The notes under the pieces: generated by a model
Told to the model about the DNA's origin: nothing
The model's input: the letters and a program-made list of their open reading frames with translations, nothing else
Databases searched by the model: none
Part shown: piece after piece, positions 14,227 to 26,318 of the stretch
How the letters are laid out: the number at the start of each line of letters is the position of its first letter
How positions within the stretch are numbered: position 1 is the stretch's first letter
NCBI GenBank assembly: GCA_900088475.1
Contig: FLMG01002864.1
Coordinates: 76,382 to 140,381 of the forward strand
Direction: 5' to 3'
Length of the DNA: 64,000 nt
Origin: Hyphochytrium catenoides
Taxonomy: Eukaryota > Protista > Hyphochytriomycota
Position numbers and translations under genes: made by a program

Positions 14227-17208
14227 ATGGAGATTGATCTATTCAAGTCTCTCAAGGCGGGAACAAACTTCGCAACCACTAAGAATAAGGACCATGTTCA
14301 GTTCTTCAAGCGTTCAGGTAATAACACGTTGTAAGTGGCGTTAAGTTCTCATTTAGCTCACTTCATGAAAGCTCCCTTAGATGCTGCAAGCGCCGGGATA
14401 TCATTTCGAGGAGCGGGACCCGCGAAAACGCTTGATTTTTTTGGTCAAGCCCCGAGTTTAAGGTAAGCCGTCGGACGGAATCCATCCTTGATCGCACCAA
14501 CCTGAACCATACGCATAGTAAGCCACGTCCGGAGCAGCCGAGGCGGAGGACGAGTTCTATCGATATACCCGGTTGGGCTGGAGGAACTCCAGTGAGGTCA
14601 TCAAAAGAGGGAAGCAAGCAGCGAAAGAAGCGGAAGTTAAGCGAGGAGGTGATAGCTGCAGACAATGTGGAAAGAGAACGGTTGAAGCTGGCGGCGGAGC
14701 TAATGAGACCGAAGAAGAGCAAGAAGGCGCGCAAGAAGAAAGGCCGTAGTAGTTCTGACCAAGACATCTTAGAAGGTGTGTTACCCAATGCACTTCTACT
14801 CGTCCGATAAGAACACCCTTTAGCACCCTTTAACACCCATTCTCAGCAGAGGAGGACGAGGACGGCGGGCAAAGTGGTGAACCTGGGGAAAAGGACGACG
14901 GCGCCTCTGGTGTTGCCCTTTTCAAAGGTTCTAGAGTGGTGGCAGATGAGTCCAAAAAGAAGCGGACGTCAGCGGAAGAGGAGCAGATTCGGTAGGCTGA
15001 CCGTTAGCTCGACGAGAATATGTTGGCCAATGAGCTGAAGGAAGAAGAGTCTGAGCTGTACTATGTTCTAGGCAAGAAGAGGATAGCTATTTCCGGCATA
15101 GGATGAATATCCACGTATCTGGAAGCCATGTTCCAAGCCCCTGTCCCACTTTCTCTTCCATGGATTTTAGCGCTTCCATTAAGGGCTTGTTGCTAAAAAA
15201 TATAGAGGAATCAGGTAGGATAAACTCCGTGCACTTTATGGTCGCCTGCCACTGAGAAGCTGGTGTACGGTAGCTTTCAAGGAACCCACACCTATTCAAA
15301 TGCAAGCCATTCCCGCCATGTTAGAGGGCCTAGACACAGTTGCCATTGCACCGACTGGTTCGGGCAAGACAGCAGCTTATGCGCTTCCCATCCTCTCCCG
15401 CCTAGGAACTCCCCGGAAGGTATTGATAACAACATTATGTGATGAGATCTCAGATGATAACGGCGACAACAGGGGGAAGTGAGGGCCATCGTACTTGCTC
15501 CTACGAGAGAGCTGGCGAAGCAGATTCATGCCGAATTCTCTCGTTTTGCCAAGGGTAAAAAGTTCAAGATATCACTCTTGACCAAGGCAACCGCTTCCAC
15601 TGCGTCCAAAGACGGAAAGTACGCCCGTAGAAGCTCCTTTTTCAAATGTTAAGCCATGCCACTCAGCAGCTAAAGAAGAGTTGAACTGCAGGCATCCCGT
15701 AGCCTTCTGCGACGTCCTAATTTCTACTCCACTGCGGCTGCTCCACTTATTGCAAGTGCAAGGTATAGACATTAGCAGGTCAGGAACTTTGAAGAAGATT
15801 TACCACAGGCGAACCTTAACAATTTGTACTAACGATATTGGCCTGGACTAGATGCGAGATTCTCTGCATGGACGAGGCTGATAAGCTTCTTGAAATGGGC
15901 TTTCTGGAGCAGGTAGATGAGATACTAAGCACCTGCGGGACAGCGTGCAAGAAGGCCCAGAGATGCATGTTTTCTGCAACGATGCTCCAAGGGGTTGAGC
16001 AGCTAGCTCAGACTGTGCTAAGAGACCCAGTCAAAGTCTCAGTTGGAGTCAAAAATGCCGGAGCAGACACGATTGACCAGCGGCTCATCTTCTGCGGCCG
16101 GGAGGAGGGCAAGCTCTTAGCTATTAGGCAGTTATTCCAGGAGGTGAGAAGTCACGATACCTCTGTGAACGCGGAAGACTTTGTCATTGTAACTCAACGT
16201 TTGGGTCCTCTAGGGTTTCAAACCCCCGGTTCTCATCTTTCTGCAGTCTAAGGAGAGGGCCAAGCAGCTATATAATGAGCTTGTTTACGATGGATTTCAC
16301 GTGGATGCTATTCATGCTGATAGAACTCAGGAGCAGGTACAATTATCCTAGGGGCCCAGCTTAAAGAGGAGCGACTCATTGTTCTTTATTTCTATCAGCG
16401 TGACAGCATTATTAGAAGGTTTCGTATGGGTGAGATTTGGGTTCTCATCTGTACTGACTTATTGGCCAGAGGAATTGACTTCAAAGGAGTGAACATGGTA
16501 ATAAACTACGATCTGCCCCAGGTAAGCCCTCCTCTGGTAGCTAGATGAAGGACTTACATATTTTTGCATTGTTTTGCTTCAGAGCAGAGGTGGTTGGGTC
16601 CTGTCTCCTCACCTCCTTCTAATCATTTCCCTCTTCCTCAAACCAACCCATGTTCCTTAGAGTGTGGTGAGCTACATTCATAGAATAGGGAGGACAGGTC
16701 GTGCAGGCCGAAAGGGTGTAGCCATTACTCTCTATACAGAGGCGGACATGGTAAGGTTTGTATCGTGTGAGTCCAAATATTTGAATCCTAAGCCACTCAA
16801 ATTCAGCAATATTTGAGATCCATCGCGAACGTTATGAAACTCTCCGGCAGCGAAGTCCCAGACTGGATGATGGTGCTGAAGAAGCCAAGGTATGTAGACT
16901 CCACGTATTTATACGAATAACACCTGTTGACTCATTGCGGCCGTCGCATTCGTCTCCTCCTTCTGCTGCCGTCCACGCGCGTAGCCACAAGAAGAAGAAG
17001 AAGCTGGAGAAGGGAGCCCCAGTCAGGAAGAAGATTAGCACCGTTGCCGCGTATGACATAAAGAAGACACAAAAACGGAGGTACTTGGTTTGGCCTTGTG
17101 GATTGGCTCTGCTCGGAATCTAAAGTCATCTGAACTTGTAGGCAAACCATTGAGCAGAATCGGCGGAAGAAGGATTCAACATCTAGTGCAAAGGCAGTCC
17201 AAAGTTGA
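14227..17208 (+). CDS. DDX52: DEAD-box RNA helicase DDX52/ROK1 (SSU biogenesis), multi-exon
   Basis: [108 protein letters not shown] and IANVMK..G.EVPDWM are typical of ROK1/DDX52. Short GT-AG introns. Confidence 0.92.
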
Positions 17209-17439
17209 CATTTCAAGTTGAGGCAAGGGTATCTATTCAGTAACATTATCATACAGAGATCAAAAAGTACCTCTCCTTCAATTATCAAATCTAAAGTGTA
17301 TGTCCTCAAAAGTGTAGGTCTTCATAGCTGCACTTCATTATTCGTACCTCAAGAATCACGTCATCAATCATTAACTTAGGGAGACAGAAAGAGCGTAGAG
17401 GATGTAGCTAATAAGCTCTCGAACCTCTGGAGGGGACAT

Positions 17440-18605
17440 CTAATCTTCCCGTCGTTGTATTTTAGAGGAAAGTTTTTTCACAGAGGTGACGTTCATTATT
17501 GCAGCTACAATGTAGTCTATCTTCTGACGGATAAATCGGATGTTCTCATAAAGAGTTTGGCCGCTACCGGCTTGGCTATCTGGCTTGTGCTGTGGGCCGC
17601 ATCCGCCAAACAAAGCTCTACCTACCCGTCATTTTCCACTATCGCGCTTGAACTAATAAGGTCAGCAATGTTACACGCCTCCACTGGCCTACAACGCCAG
17701 GCACCCATTGATTAGACACTTGACAAACCACTGAGTGACCGGGTCTTTTGGCTTCTCTTAGCTCTCGCTCTATCTAGCTGATTTTTGCGCAAGCTGCTAA
17801 GGTTGTGCGCGGCCTTTTCTAGAGGATCAGCAATGTGACATGGTCTGGGATCTAGCAACAGAGACTGCTGTCAAAGAGTAAAAGAGTAAGTTGTCGGTGC
17901 AAGCATTACCATTTCTCAGCCTTAGGTGACTCTTGAACAGCTTCTCCCGAGAGAACGCAAAACGCTCCATGTATACCCCCAACTGTTTCTTTAGCCTCCT
18001 GTTCTCAACTGAGATCAGCTTCTGTCTCTCAAGCAGCGTTTCAATCTCAACAGTGTGCTCCTGATCTTTACTCTCAGTCAGCCAATTTTTCTGTCGCATG
18101 GTACCATCGCTGGCGGTCAAGTCTGCAGGAGATTCTCAACTCACATTGGTAGTGTCACACGAAATTCATGGCTCTCAAACCTTCTACAGAGTTTCCGCCC
18201 TTCATCCTTGATCCAGTCATTGCAGAGAGGCCCTAAGGAAAAGCCTTTTCATCTCATCCGGTCTCCAAGAGGGCATATAGTGGTGGACAAGGTGCCCTTG
18301 GCGCATTGGATGGTTTTGAGTGTACCCCGCCTCCCATGCAATCGTTCCTGAGGCAATCTACGCCATTAGTCCTGCCTCCACCTTATTCCCTGGGCTGGCT
18401 GACTTAACCCGGGGACAGGCCTGTGTAGGTCTTTATACATAAAAGTCGAACCTCGAGAAGAGGACATGCCGTAGCTCATGCCGTGCAAGTCGCCGTGGTG
18501 GTGATCGTAAGCAGGCAGGTTGGCGCAGCAGAGGGAAGGAAACCCAAGAGAGTGATGGACCCAAAAGTTCCTTTGAAAGTTTACTTCTGTAACGACCATG
18601 CTCAT
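17440..18605 (-). CDS. Hypothetical small spliced protein with a coiled-coil segment (start uncertain, between ~18480 and 18605)
   Basis: About 6 exons join in frame using GT..AG introns (QGIR|NDCMGG|GLSAMTG..VE|DLTASDG..ETLLERQKLISVENRRLKKQLG|QSLLLD..SLS|GRALF..QTLYENIRFIRQKIDYIVAAI..RED*). No family recognised. Confidence 0.45.
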
Positions 18606-19124
18606 TCCTGATACTGAGCCAGCACGATATAGTAGTAGTATCTCGTCGTATTCCCCAGGATATTAGGGTCTCATACGTTTGGTAGTGGAACAATCTCCAG
18701 TCCGAGGTTATGAATAAGGCGCATTGAATTCTAGACCAGAATGCAATAAGGTTGAGTGAAGAAACGCGGTGCTGAGTTTCGTTCGTTGTGCCTTGGCTGA
18801 TGACCTCGTGCAGCCTTCAGCCCACATAAGAGCGCGATGGCTTCCACTCGTCCGGCGCGTGGAGGTTCTATAAGAGCCATCGAATTACATCTGTTTCGCC
18901 CTCAGCAGCGATGAGAAAGGCGAAGACAGATCTAGGTTCGAGCGTTGAGGGTATGATCGCCCATGATTTGAACTCTGCTAGGTGAAGATTGGCGCTGTTT
19001 AGCACCGAAGGTCTAGTCGGTGGGTTGAGAGCGATGCTTCAACTGTGGTGGCGGGTGAGCTCTTAAGGTCAAGTTAGCCAGATGAAGAACTAATCGCTGG
19101 GCAGTGCCGTCAGCCCTGGTGAAC

Positions 19125-22100
19125 ATGGCGCAGACCCGGAATGGGGATGAAGGCGACTCCCGCCTCATCTATATTAATCATGAGCGCCCGGGTGCTGAAC
19201 TTAGAAAACCCGGGCAACCTTACCAGGAGGATGTATACACCCCGAACCGAGTCATCACCAGTCAGTACACCGTATGGAACTTTGTGCCGAAAAACTTGCT
19301 GAAGCAGTTCCAGAGGCTGGCCAACATCTACTTTTTGTGCATCTCCGGGCTCCAGATGGTCAAGTCTGTGTCAATCACGCAAGGAGTACCGACTACATTA
19401 GTGCCTTTATCTTGTGTGCTATTCGTAACAGCGCTGAAGGATGTTCTTGAGGATCTTGCCCGTCACAAGGCAGATACAATTGAGAACAACCGAGCAACAC
19501 AGAGACTCAAGGTTAGCCAGCTCATTTCTCATCCTTGCTGATACATCCTGTGTAATAACGTCTGTCGCCATCGTCTTTTGTCAGCGGGTGGATCATAAAA
19601 TGACAGAGGAATTGGAGGAAATCTCTTGGAAGGACGTAAAGGTGGGGGATGTCCTTAAGGTAAGCTTCATGCGGAGACAATGACTCACATATCCAGTAGA
19701 AAGTAGCGGGTGTGTGATGGAGAAGGGAGAACAGGAAACAGTATGAGACAGGAATGTACAAGTTGGGAAGGGTATGACTCTGTGGTTAAGAAGAGGTCAT
19801 ATAGGCAAGTTGGCTTGTCTTCTGTCTAGTCCCTTAGAGTTTCCTGTCCGTTAGATTCAAAACCGAGAGCAGATTCCTGCCGACGTTATCCTGCTGGCTA
19901 GCAGTGATAAAAATGGCCTCTGCTACGTGATGACGGCGAATCTGGACGGAGAGACAAACTTGAAACAGAAGCAGGTGCACCCAGACATGCTTTCGATGTG
20001 CTCGGATCTACAAAGTGTCGTCAAGTTCCAGGCCATAATAGAATGCGACAAGCCCAACCGCAGTATTCAGAGGTAAGTCAGCTACTACTCTCAAGAAAGT
20101 AGCAAGAAAGGGAAAGGCTTCAAAACTTGAGAGTAATGAAAGGATAGCATCACTGGGATGACGAATAGAAAAATTAGGTGTTGACAGAGGCAAGTCGTCG
20201 GGAAGGAGGACAGATAGGTAGAAGGTGGACGGCTAATCGAAAGGCTAGTTTGGAAGAATATTATGGAGTCGATGCGCTCCGTACATCGATGGTTGAGAAC
20301 TACTAGCTTACAACGTTGACTTTAGGTTTGAAGGGACCATCACTCAGCTCTCCAGTGGCCGACAGGTATCAGTCAACCCTAATAATGTGCTCCTCCGAGG
20401 GACACAGCTCAGGAACACAAGCTGGATTCTCGGCGTGGTGGTATACACAGGCAAAGAGACAAAAATTCAAATGAATGCCGTGGAGACACCTTTCAAAATG
20501 AGCCGTCTGACGCGGTTCACCAACAAGGAAACCTTCTATGTCTTTGTCTTGCAGATCGTTCTCTGTTTTTCTGCAGCTATGGTAGGCGGCGTTCTAGGAA
20601 CCACCGTTCCGACGGAGTACCTAGGCGACACGTCTATCACGGCCGCATGGCAGGCCTTTCTACACTTCTGGACGTACATCATTCTCTTCACGAACTTCAT
20701 TCCGATCTCGCTGCTGGTAACCTTAGACATGGTGAAGTTCCTACAGTCTCTTATGATCAACAACGACATAGAAATGTACCACGCCGAAACCGATAACCCG
20801 GTGAAGGTGAGGAGCAGCGATCTTAATGAGGAACTGGGCATGGTGGAACACATCTTCTGCGACAAGACCGGCACTCTGACATGTAATGTGATGGAGTTCC
20901 GTAAATGTTCCATCAATGGGGTGTCCTATGGTATTGGAACCACAGAGGTAGGTGTACGCGATCTATATGTGCCCAATATCCGCGTTTCGTACCACTTCTC
21001 TAANNNNNNNNNNNNNNNNNNNNNNNNNNNNNNNNNNNNNNNNNNNNNNNNNNNNNNNNNNNNNNNNNNNNNNNNNNNNACGATCACGCCGATAGCGCAG
21101 TGGATACCAAGCACCCGAAAACTCCTTACGTAAACTGCATTGATGAGAACATCTGGAGGGCGTTAGAAGACCCCACTGCTCCCAATCACAAAGCTTGTCA
21201 GGAGTTCTTCCTTTCGCTGGCGCTAAACCACTCAGTAATGCCCGAGATTGAGCGAGGAAGTCAACAGTTGATGTACTCCGCATCTTCGCCAGGTAATATC
21301 CGTCACTGCAAGCAACACCATCGTGAAATGCACCTCCATAACGCCTTTGCTTCTTTCGTCTAAATTATAATATCAATGTCCCTTGTTGCCCTCTGCGCAC
21401 GTTATCTAGAAGCTGTTTCTCTTTGTCCATATTGGACTTATCTTTGTCCTCATTGACGTACTTTCGTCGTCTCCTGAACAGATGAAAACGCCTTGGTCTG
21501 GGCAGCACGCCATTTCGGCTTCTTTTTCCAGCGCCGCGAGATCACGAAAGTGACCCTCGTTATCAAGGGTGTGGATAGTGAGTTCATCGTGCTGAACACT
21601 CTGGAATTCACCAGTGCAAGGAAGCGGAGCTCTGTGATTATCAGGCGCGGAGATGGCAGCATCGTCCTTTATTGCAAAGGCGCGGACTCCGTTATCAGGT
21701 ACATCAGACCCATTTCTGAGCTTCTCTTGTGGCGGTCTACAGTCGCTGCCCATACTCCTTTTATCCTTAGCGTCTATCCTGCACATTCTCTTACTCGCCT
21801 CTGGCTTTAAAACTCCAATCATCAGACTCCCATATGCACTGTGTCGGCTCCCTCTTTCGATTATCATTTGATCCCCGCGCTTGCAAAAGGTTCATACGCT
21901 GTCGATAAACTCTTTCCGCCATGTTGGCCGCACATGGGATTCTTGCGAGTGCTTTATACATCACCATGAAGCCACAGTCCCCGTAAACTCCTTCTAAGTC
22001 ACGTGTTCTGCTAATTCTTAGAGAACGAGTTAGACGAGATAAGGAACACGCTGATGTAGTGGCCACGACTGAGAAGCATCTCATAGACTACGCCGAGGAT

Positions 22101-24820
22101 GGGCTCAGAACGCTATGTCTAGCTAAGGTGGAGCTGAGCGAAGAGAAGTACAATGACTGGTGAGTGCAGATGTCGGCAAGAAGCATGCGAAAGTGAAGCC
22201 GGATGAAAGAGAAAATCATTCTTGGGATGGGGTTCCAGGGGCAGTTTGAGATAGGGAGACAGAAAATCTGCGATAAGTCAGCGTGAATGTGGCGAAACAT
22301 TCGAGGACCGGTGTAACGACCCGACAAAGAACGGGAAGGAGCAAAGGGTTAGAGGTTAAGATTGGGGCAAGAACACTATGCCGATAAAGAAGGGGGAAAT
22401 CTTACTCCTAGATTCCTTTAGGGCAAGGAAGTTTCACGAAGCGGAAGTTTCTATGGAGAATCGAGAGCAGCGTGTCACGGAGCTCATGGATAGCATTGAA
22501 ACAGATATGACACTTCTTGGAGTCACCGCCATTGAGGATAAGTTGCAGAAGGGTGTTTCTACGGCTATCCAAAGCTTACGACTCGCAGATATTAGAGTAC
22601 GTTGTCAGTTTGACAGTTGAATCTCCTTCAGGCGCAATCTCGCTCCCACAATCCTTCCAGCAGAGTTATCTGTTTTTGTCTGGGGTAACAAGGGTCTTTG
22701 TTAGATTGCTGCTTCTTACATCGGCTTAATTATCGGCAGGTCTGGGTTCTGACAGGAGATCGCGTGGACACCGCTATCAACATTGGACTCGCTTGCGGTC
22801 TGCTCACTCCAGACATGAAGCTAATTCAGCTCATCTGCAGCGACAACACCATGCACTGTGATGCAGAAGGTATTCCTAGTAAGGAAGATATTACCACGAA
22901 GCTGAAGACAGCAAAGAAAATGGGCCTATGTTCCGATCAAGAGTTTGCCCTAGTAGTTGATAGTGGCGCTCTGGAAGCACTGCTGAGGCAAGGACTAGAC
23001 GATGACTTCATTGAGGTAATTCAGAGCTTCTCCTAAGTGTCGTCTGTGCTATGTCTTTAGGTATGCCTTCTCTTATGCATTGTTACACCATCTGTGGGAG
23101 GCAAAGAAGCTCCTGCCTCGCACTCACCAATATCCATGGTCAATAAGTCCCTTAGCCTTATACACACGCTCTCTTTCCATAGCTTTCTATCAGGTCATCC
23201 CGAGCTCCTTTCTTGGTCTATGCATCCTCACAAGATTCATACTCACATCGTTCTCGTTTTGTTTCCCTTTGACTTTCTTAGTTGAGCAGCAGATGCAAGT
23301 CGGTAATCTGCGCCAGAGTCAGTCCAAACCAAAAGGGCGAGGTGGTCAATTTAGTTAAGCATAAAACATCGGCCGTTACTCTGGCTGTCGGCGATGGGGC
23401 CAACGATGTTCCCATGATCCAGTGTGCCCACGTCGGAGTAGGCATTGTGGGACAGGAAGGGCTGCAAGCAGTGAATGCCAGCGACTTCTCAATAGCGCAA
23501 TTCCGCTTCTTAGAGAGACTACTACTTGTGCACGGCAGGTAATTGACGAGGGCGGGGCCGACATAGATTACCACGCCGTTCAGTTGTTTGTCACGCTTCT
23601 CTTGCCCCTTGCCCCACGTAGCTAACTGGTCTTTGTCACCCCTGCTCTCACTGTCTAGGTGGTCATTGCGCCGTCTGTGCAAAGTCACGATGTATATGTT
23701 CTATAAAAATGCACTGCTGGTGTTGCCACAGTTCTACTACGGCTTTCGCACTCTTTTCTCTGGGCAGAACTTCTACAACGATTACCTCTATCAGCTCTAC
23801 AACGTCGTATTCACCGCCTTCCCGGTCATCCTGATGGGTGTGCTGGACCAGGATGTTAATGCGAAGACGGCGCTAAAGCATCCGCAGATCTATAGTGAGG
23901 GAGTTAGAGGAGTCTTTCTCAATCACAGAAAGTTTTGGGTAAGCATGTCCTCTTTCTCTTTATCATGTTCTGTCATCTTAAGGAAAAGACTAGTTGGACT
24001 TCGCCTACAAATCTTCCACATCATATAGTTGGGCTCCTTCGCACGTGGTGCTGCTCTGGCGCAGTTGTTGCAGCTCTGACAGATTCGATATTCACTCCTT
24101 GCTAATTGTGCTTTGTAGGCTTACATGGTCGAGGCAACGGTCAATGCTGGCTTCGTGTTCCTCTTCCCGGCCCTTGCGTTTGGCTATGGGGTACACGGGC
24201 ATAGCGGGAAAGTGAACGGAATGTGGGACTTTGGAATCCAGGTAAGATTCTCAGATCGCTAGATCTCCTTCGTTGGGTAGCCTCGTCGCTAGCTTCATAT
24301 ATCGTTTGCCGGGCTGGCCTTTCCTATACTCCAGTTTTGACAGTGGTTGTGTGGTCTCTTGTCTCTGATTCGCACTCGTCGCGCTGATCAACCCTCCGTC
24401 CGACTCTCTCTCGGGATTTTTGTCTAGATGAACTTCCTCGTCGTAATGGTGGCGCATCTTCGTATTGCTATTGACATCAAGTACTGGATCCAAGCCACCA
24501 CTTTCTTCTTCGCCGTGTCAGTATTAATGTGGCTGGCAGCAGCCTTTGTCTTTTCAGCTAACGAGACATTGGGAACGCAGATCTACAACCGCGTTCCTAT
24601 AGTTATGTCGACCGTGCAGTTCTGGGCCACGGTCTTCGCTGTACTAATGACAGTCTTTATCGGGTTTTTGGTGACAAGAGGATGGAAGCTCATGAAGAAT
24701 CCTGAGTTTAGCGATCATTGCAGAGAGGAGCAAGAGGGGTTAGGTGCCCATGATGATGATCTGAAGTCACAGCTAAAGCTGTGGAAAAAAGAGCCTGCAA
24801 TGCTTTGCACAGAGAACTAG
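19125..24820 (+). CDS. P4-type ATPase phospholipid flippase (ATP8/DRS2/ALA family), multi-exon, spans an N-gap
   Basis: [55 protein letters not shown] (phosphorylation site), [73 protein letters not shown]. Confidence 0.95.
21004..21079. other. Assembly gap (N run)
   Basis: Run of n bases inside the P4-ATPase gene. Confidence 1.
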
Positions 24821-25521
24821 GCGCAGATTGTTATCTGAGTCTTACTTCTATGCTGTGCAACACCCACATTAGCAACGTTATTCAGGACATAGCTGTCAGA
24901 GACAGGATATCCTAACAGAAACAAAGCTCGCAGCACTTGAGCTATTTATATCCTTCTGATGGCGCTCTCTCGTTTGTTAGTTGCTAGTAAACAGCTGTCA
25001 GAAGCACGAACAGACTTTCGTCTTTCAGGACATTGGCAGCAAGGATAAATTCATTCCTTCATGTCCAGCGACCTGCGGCTGTGAGTTCTCCCAGTCTGCA
25101 CATGTTGCTTGCCACGAGCAAGTTTGCTTTGATGTTGATTCCTCGACTTCTGTCTGATGTAGCATACTATCACATTGTTCCCTTACGCTTCCCATATCCC
25201 AAATATCTCGGAGGACCAGCAACTGACATCATCGCCAGATGAGGTCGTTTGACCCTTTAGCAAGCAAACCTCAACGCAGGGTAGAGTAAAGAGCGACGCT
25301 GTGGATGGAATGGCCTTAACGCTTGTATCTGCTCAGCCTATTTACGAAAAACGTTTATGGCAGCGGTCTCATCTGCTTTTCACCACAAGCTCTTGTAGCT
25401 GCTGCTGTTGCCATGCAGCATTCATCTTGGCCCACTCCGTAGTTCTCCTGGACTTTCTCCTAGAGCGGGCTCCGTTACACTGGACCCACGACAATGCAAA
25501 GCAATTCCAGGGTTGAGCACG

Positions 25522-26101
25522 CTATAGCTCTGTCCAAGGCGTGTCATCGTGGACCATCACGAAGAAGCGGCGCCCCTGTCTCGTGTCTGTCCAGCTCCTG
25601 TGTGGGTAGGTCGCGTTACATAGGAAGAGGTGGTGGTTGAAGTGCCCAAGATGCAGAGAAAACTTGACACTTGACAGCTGATGAGCGGCCATTATTCTGG
25701 AGCGGCTATACAATGTTAGTGAATATATAACGCATAACGATACTAGTCAGGAATAAGGGCCATTCTTATGTTCCCAGCTCCAAATTTTTTTCTGTCGGGC
25801 CATGGAGTGCATCGATCATGCATCTCCAGAAGCACCTTCGCGCTGACTGACAGTAAGGCGAAGACGTTCTGAAGTTCTGGGTATTCGAAGCTCTGGCACC
25901 CTCTGTACCGCCATCGGTGCCAATCTTCATGTGCGCGTGAAAGTCCCCACGTCCAGCTCCGCAAGCTCTAACCTTCTGACAGCGGGGACTAACTCCTACC
26001 TCCTCGGGGTCCCTGGTGACTAGCCCATAGGAATCCTTCGCTCTCGTTAGTTCTATAGACAAATGCTTCTTAAGAACCTCCGTGCAAAGGAGAGGCCCCA
26101 C
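25522..26101 (-). CDS. Possible hypothetical spliced protein
   Basis: ORFs 25964-25743 and 25713-25522 join in frame (ALIPD-Y-RSRIM) across a 38-nt GT..CACTAAC..AG intron at 25743-25706. Start and upstream exons are uncertain. No recognisable family. Confidence 0.3.
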
Positions 26102-26318
26102 GGCTAGGGAAGAATGGGGCTGAATTGCTCCAGACAGTCAGTATGGCTGCCAAGCGGCAGGCAATCGATTGTGAAGTTCTCCGATCCTGAACGGTAACAG
26201 CCCTCTCGTGATCGTGTCTAATTGTCTCTAGCTCCTTTCTCTTGCCGTAGCTCTGACATGCCTTCATTGTCTCTCTTTATCTTTACCTTCTTGCTGCCCC
26301 TCACCTTCCTCCTGGTCA

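Noticed and set aside
16583-16589. Possible 7-nt microexon in DDX52 (ag-AGCAGAG-gt)
   Set aside because: DLPQ|[10 protein letters not shown] is already complete without it, and inclusion would frameshift.
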